Assembly (NCBI GenBank): GCA_032718475.1
Contig: JAUCBJ010009109.1
Location: 62,001-126,000, forward strand
Reading direction: 5' to 3'
DNA: 64,000 nt
DNA from: Nemertoderma westbladi
Lineage: Eukaryota > Animalia > Xenacoelomorpha
In this document: positions 63,301 through 64,000 of the stretch, one piece after another
How positions within the stretch are numbered: position 1 is the first letter of the stretch
How the letters are laid out: the number at the start of each line of letters is the position of its first letter
Notes under the pieces: model-generated
Told to the model about the DNA's origin: nothing
Databases searched by the model: none
Seen by the model: the letters and a program-made list of their open reading frames with translations, nothing else
Made by a program: the position numbers and the translations under genes

Positions 63301-64000
63301 TACGAATTCGAATTAAAAATTTAACCTCACGTGCATCACTTGATAACCCAGTGAAATATTTGAATGATCATAATTTATTGAAACCATTTATCATGAATAT
63401 TAAATTTGTTGCAGAGTGTGCCATTATACCCCCCATTCAGATGGCAAAACAACACATTCCATTATGGGTTTATACTTATAAATATGACATTAAAAAGGGT
63501 GATCGATGGAAAAAAGAACGCAATAACAGTGTTGAAGAAACTACAGTAAACAATAACAACAGTGTAACTAGCGGTTGTAGTGAGGTTGAGGAGATTGCAG
63601 TCAGCAGCCCTATAATGCTACCAATTTCGTCGCCCCTCATTTATGTTGCCACACCAACATCATCACATGATGATAACATTTACACCATCATTCCGTATCC
63701 AGTAATAAATGATAAAGGGGATAGTTGCAAACAACCTGTTGTAAACAACCCAGAGCCAAATGGGGCAGTGTTGGAAACACAGGAATGCGTACTACCCTTA
63801 AATGAATCACAACTAACCTCAACTTTCACTAATCAATCGTTTACTAACAGTAATTATACTACCAACAATATCAACCAAGCTAGTGATGAAGATATACTCA
63901 AGATGGTAGCCAGCTACCCATATGAACTACTAAAAAATCATGTGAGTAGAAATGTTGTACAGGATACAATTATGGATGAAACCTTGGTTGATAAACTCAC
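60306..64000 (+). CDS. GON4L: GON-4-like protein (GON4L/YY1AP1/mute family), 3'-partial, single long exon in this window
   Basis: ATG at 60306; absent from the ORF track, consistent with no stop before the window end. YEPKMTRSRLK, DQDFRPDE, LAIRTRS, DEEYN...EEFRDDRAVKISKGELNDL, LKQQLQMHVQLLCQ, VFMYPELLP, FTDAEDHLIA. Confidence 0.88.
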   Translation, partial: MSNEDSKTDNYNTQRFDLDATLNVLAGGLPGNESDNPMIRDSIVATTGDDSIIVSSNKSSYVPLLQNCSPRRGLQSALFPMRKKISNGIATKPISKLSAPNVSSLRFNLESTLTCLENDDATNHSHADSCSLTSKKGSCDTFNVEDTLDAFGGIVTNETTAIATPNIEALQGDKQKVHIHSAVNANSEFDLDSTLQRLGDAIDPIIYDEASNNCKSITSNLDITNESEAGFEFQVETVEHPDPEKNSDAAHSISNDTTFHLDSTLTELEQHIHCQPKYKPRVRQQRGLKQFYKKNQLKINEFPDYFMSQSTQTPQLPPLPILYKRPTPTKNPILQHEKAPPPYVIDETGTNHTASLSYNSEPFEERGELTIDVSSMKRKRISTEEFVDDSELNNKLTMNAKRFKLSDENVEELIKQVCRNEIVWDMVRGSANEVELPPAKYEPKMTRSRLKLVAEQQNLPADVWHVPLNEKSSSDCIFTELPLSDDDDSDQDFRPDEYVDDEDDNGEISQSTSFISTVVMEDSCANEDSSTIQYDVDNDKTKLAIRTRSQKHITDEEFINLLMNSDILDDEVVETQDTESDETQDEAKEIPHCELFTERETDQWHHSSSPKEQSDYLEFLTSVIDPSFWNESDESDEEYNVMDDTGEDLNDESDPEEFRDDRAVKISKGELNDLIEDMINDIKGNSLTCYNNMQDEDDDTTTTPLLNDNNPSRKVDTVKRQLLLLRAVAPETQIAELHTSNTNNLLTPEVITLTPQQEYYNRECLKQQLQMHVQLLCQTYLVCINGVYKQAAKDCKTMLLYLDCWSYLKNPFYNVIPQTGLMIKSIWDIPSLDEAVEIINSYQEISNNDSFDGDDLTEQCDSGARFMPLKLEESTNMEKTENPFRDIQGSNNYWGSHMFRQLSLPNKMEQRKRYRFLQPLPVDVIHIICHSRVFMYPELLPLGGPRGEGGDARVIFTDAEDHLIAFHLFHLKSSSKQDRNRCIYNMVSKRMPSRSPQQLRIRIKNLTSRASLDNPVKYLNDHNLLKPFIMNIKFVAECAIIPPIQMAKQHIPLWVYTYKYDIKKGDRWKKERNNSVEETTVNNNNSVTSGCSEVEEIAVSSPIMLPISSPLIYVATPTSSHDDNIYTIIPYPVINDKGDSCKQPVVNNPEPNGAVLETQECVLPLNESQLTSTFTNQSFTNSNYTTNNINQASDEDILKMVASYPYELLKNHVSRNVVQDTIMDETLVDKL

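Overview
Eukaryotic (metazoan-type) genomic DNA, AT-rich and very repeat-rich, with one 100-N gap (21115-21214). From left to right: (1) the 3' half of a BEL/Pao LTR retrotransposon (+): integrase, then a large extra ORF in the env position (DEDDy 3'-5' exonuclease, three CCHC zinc knuckles, RG-rich tail), then a probable ~2-kb 3' LTR. (2) A spliced MAGI-family WW/PDZ scaffold gene on the minus strand, four exons readable by eye. Its introns are mostly unrelated minisatellites, and three of these arrays are amplified copies of the gene's own splice sites. (3) An intronless short tRNase Z-like gene, a tRNA-derived SINE and an intronless GXYLT gene (+). (4) A 17.2-kb element with 32-bp TIRs and a perfect 9-bp TSD (Mutator-like). 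It holds a nested MITE, two truncated transposon genes fused back-to-back, RTE LINE fragments, a 146-bp satellite and a ~3.07-kb duplication. (5) A GON4L-like ORF running off the right end. All family calls come from motif recognition by eye; no searches were run.
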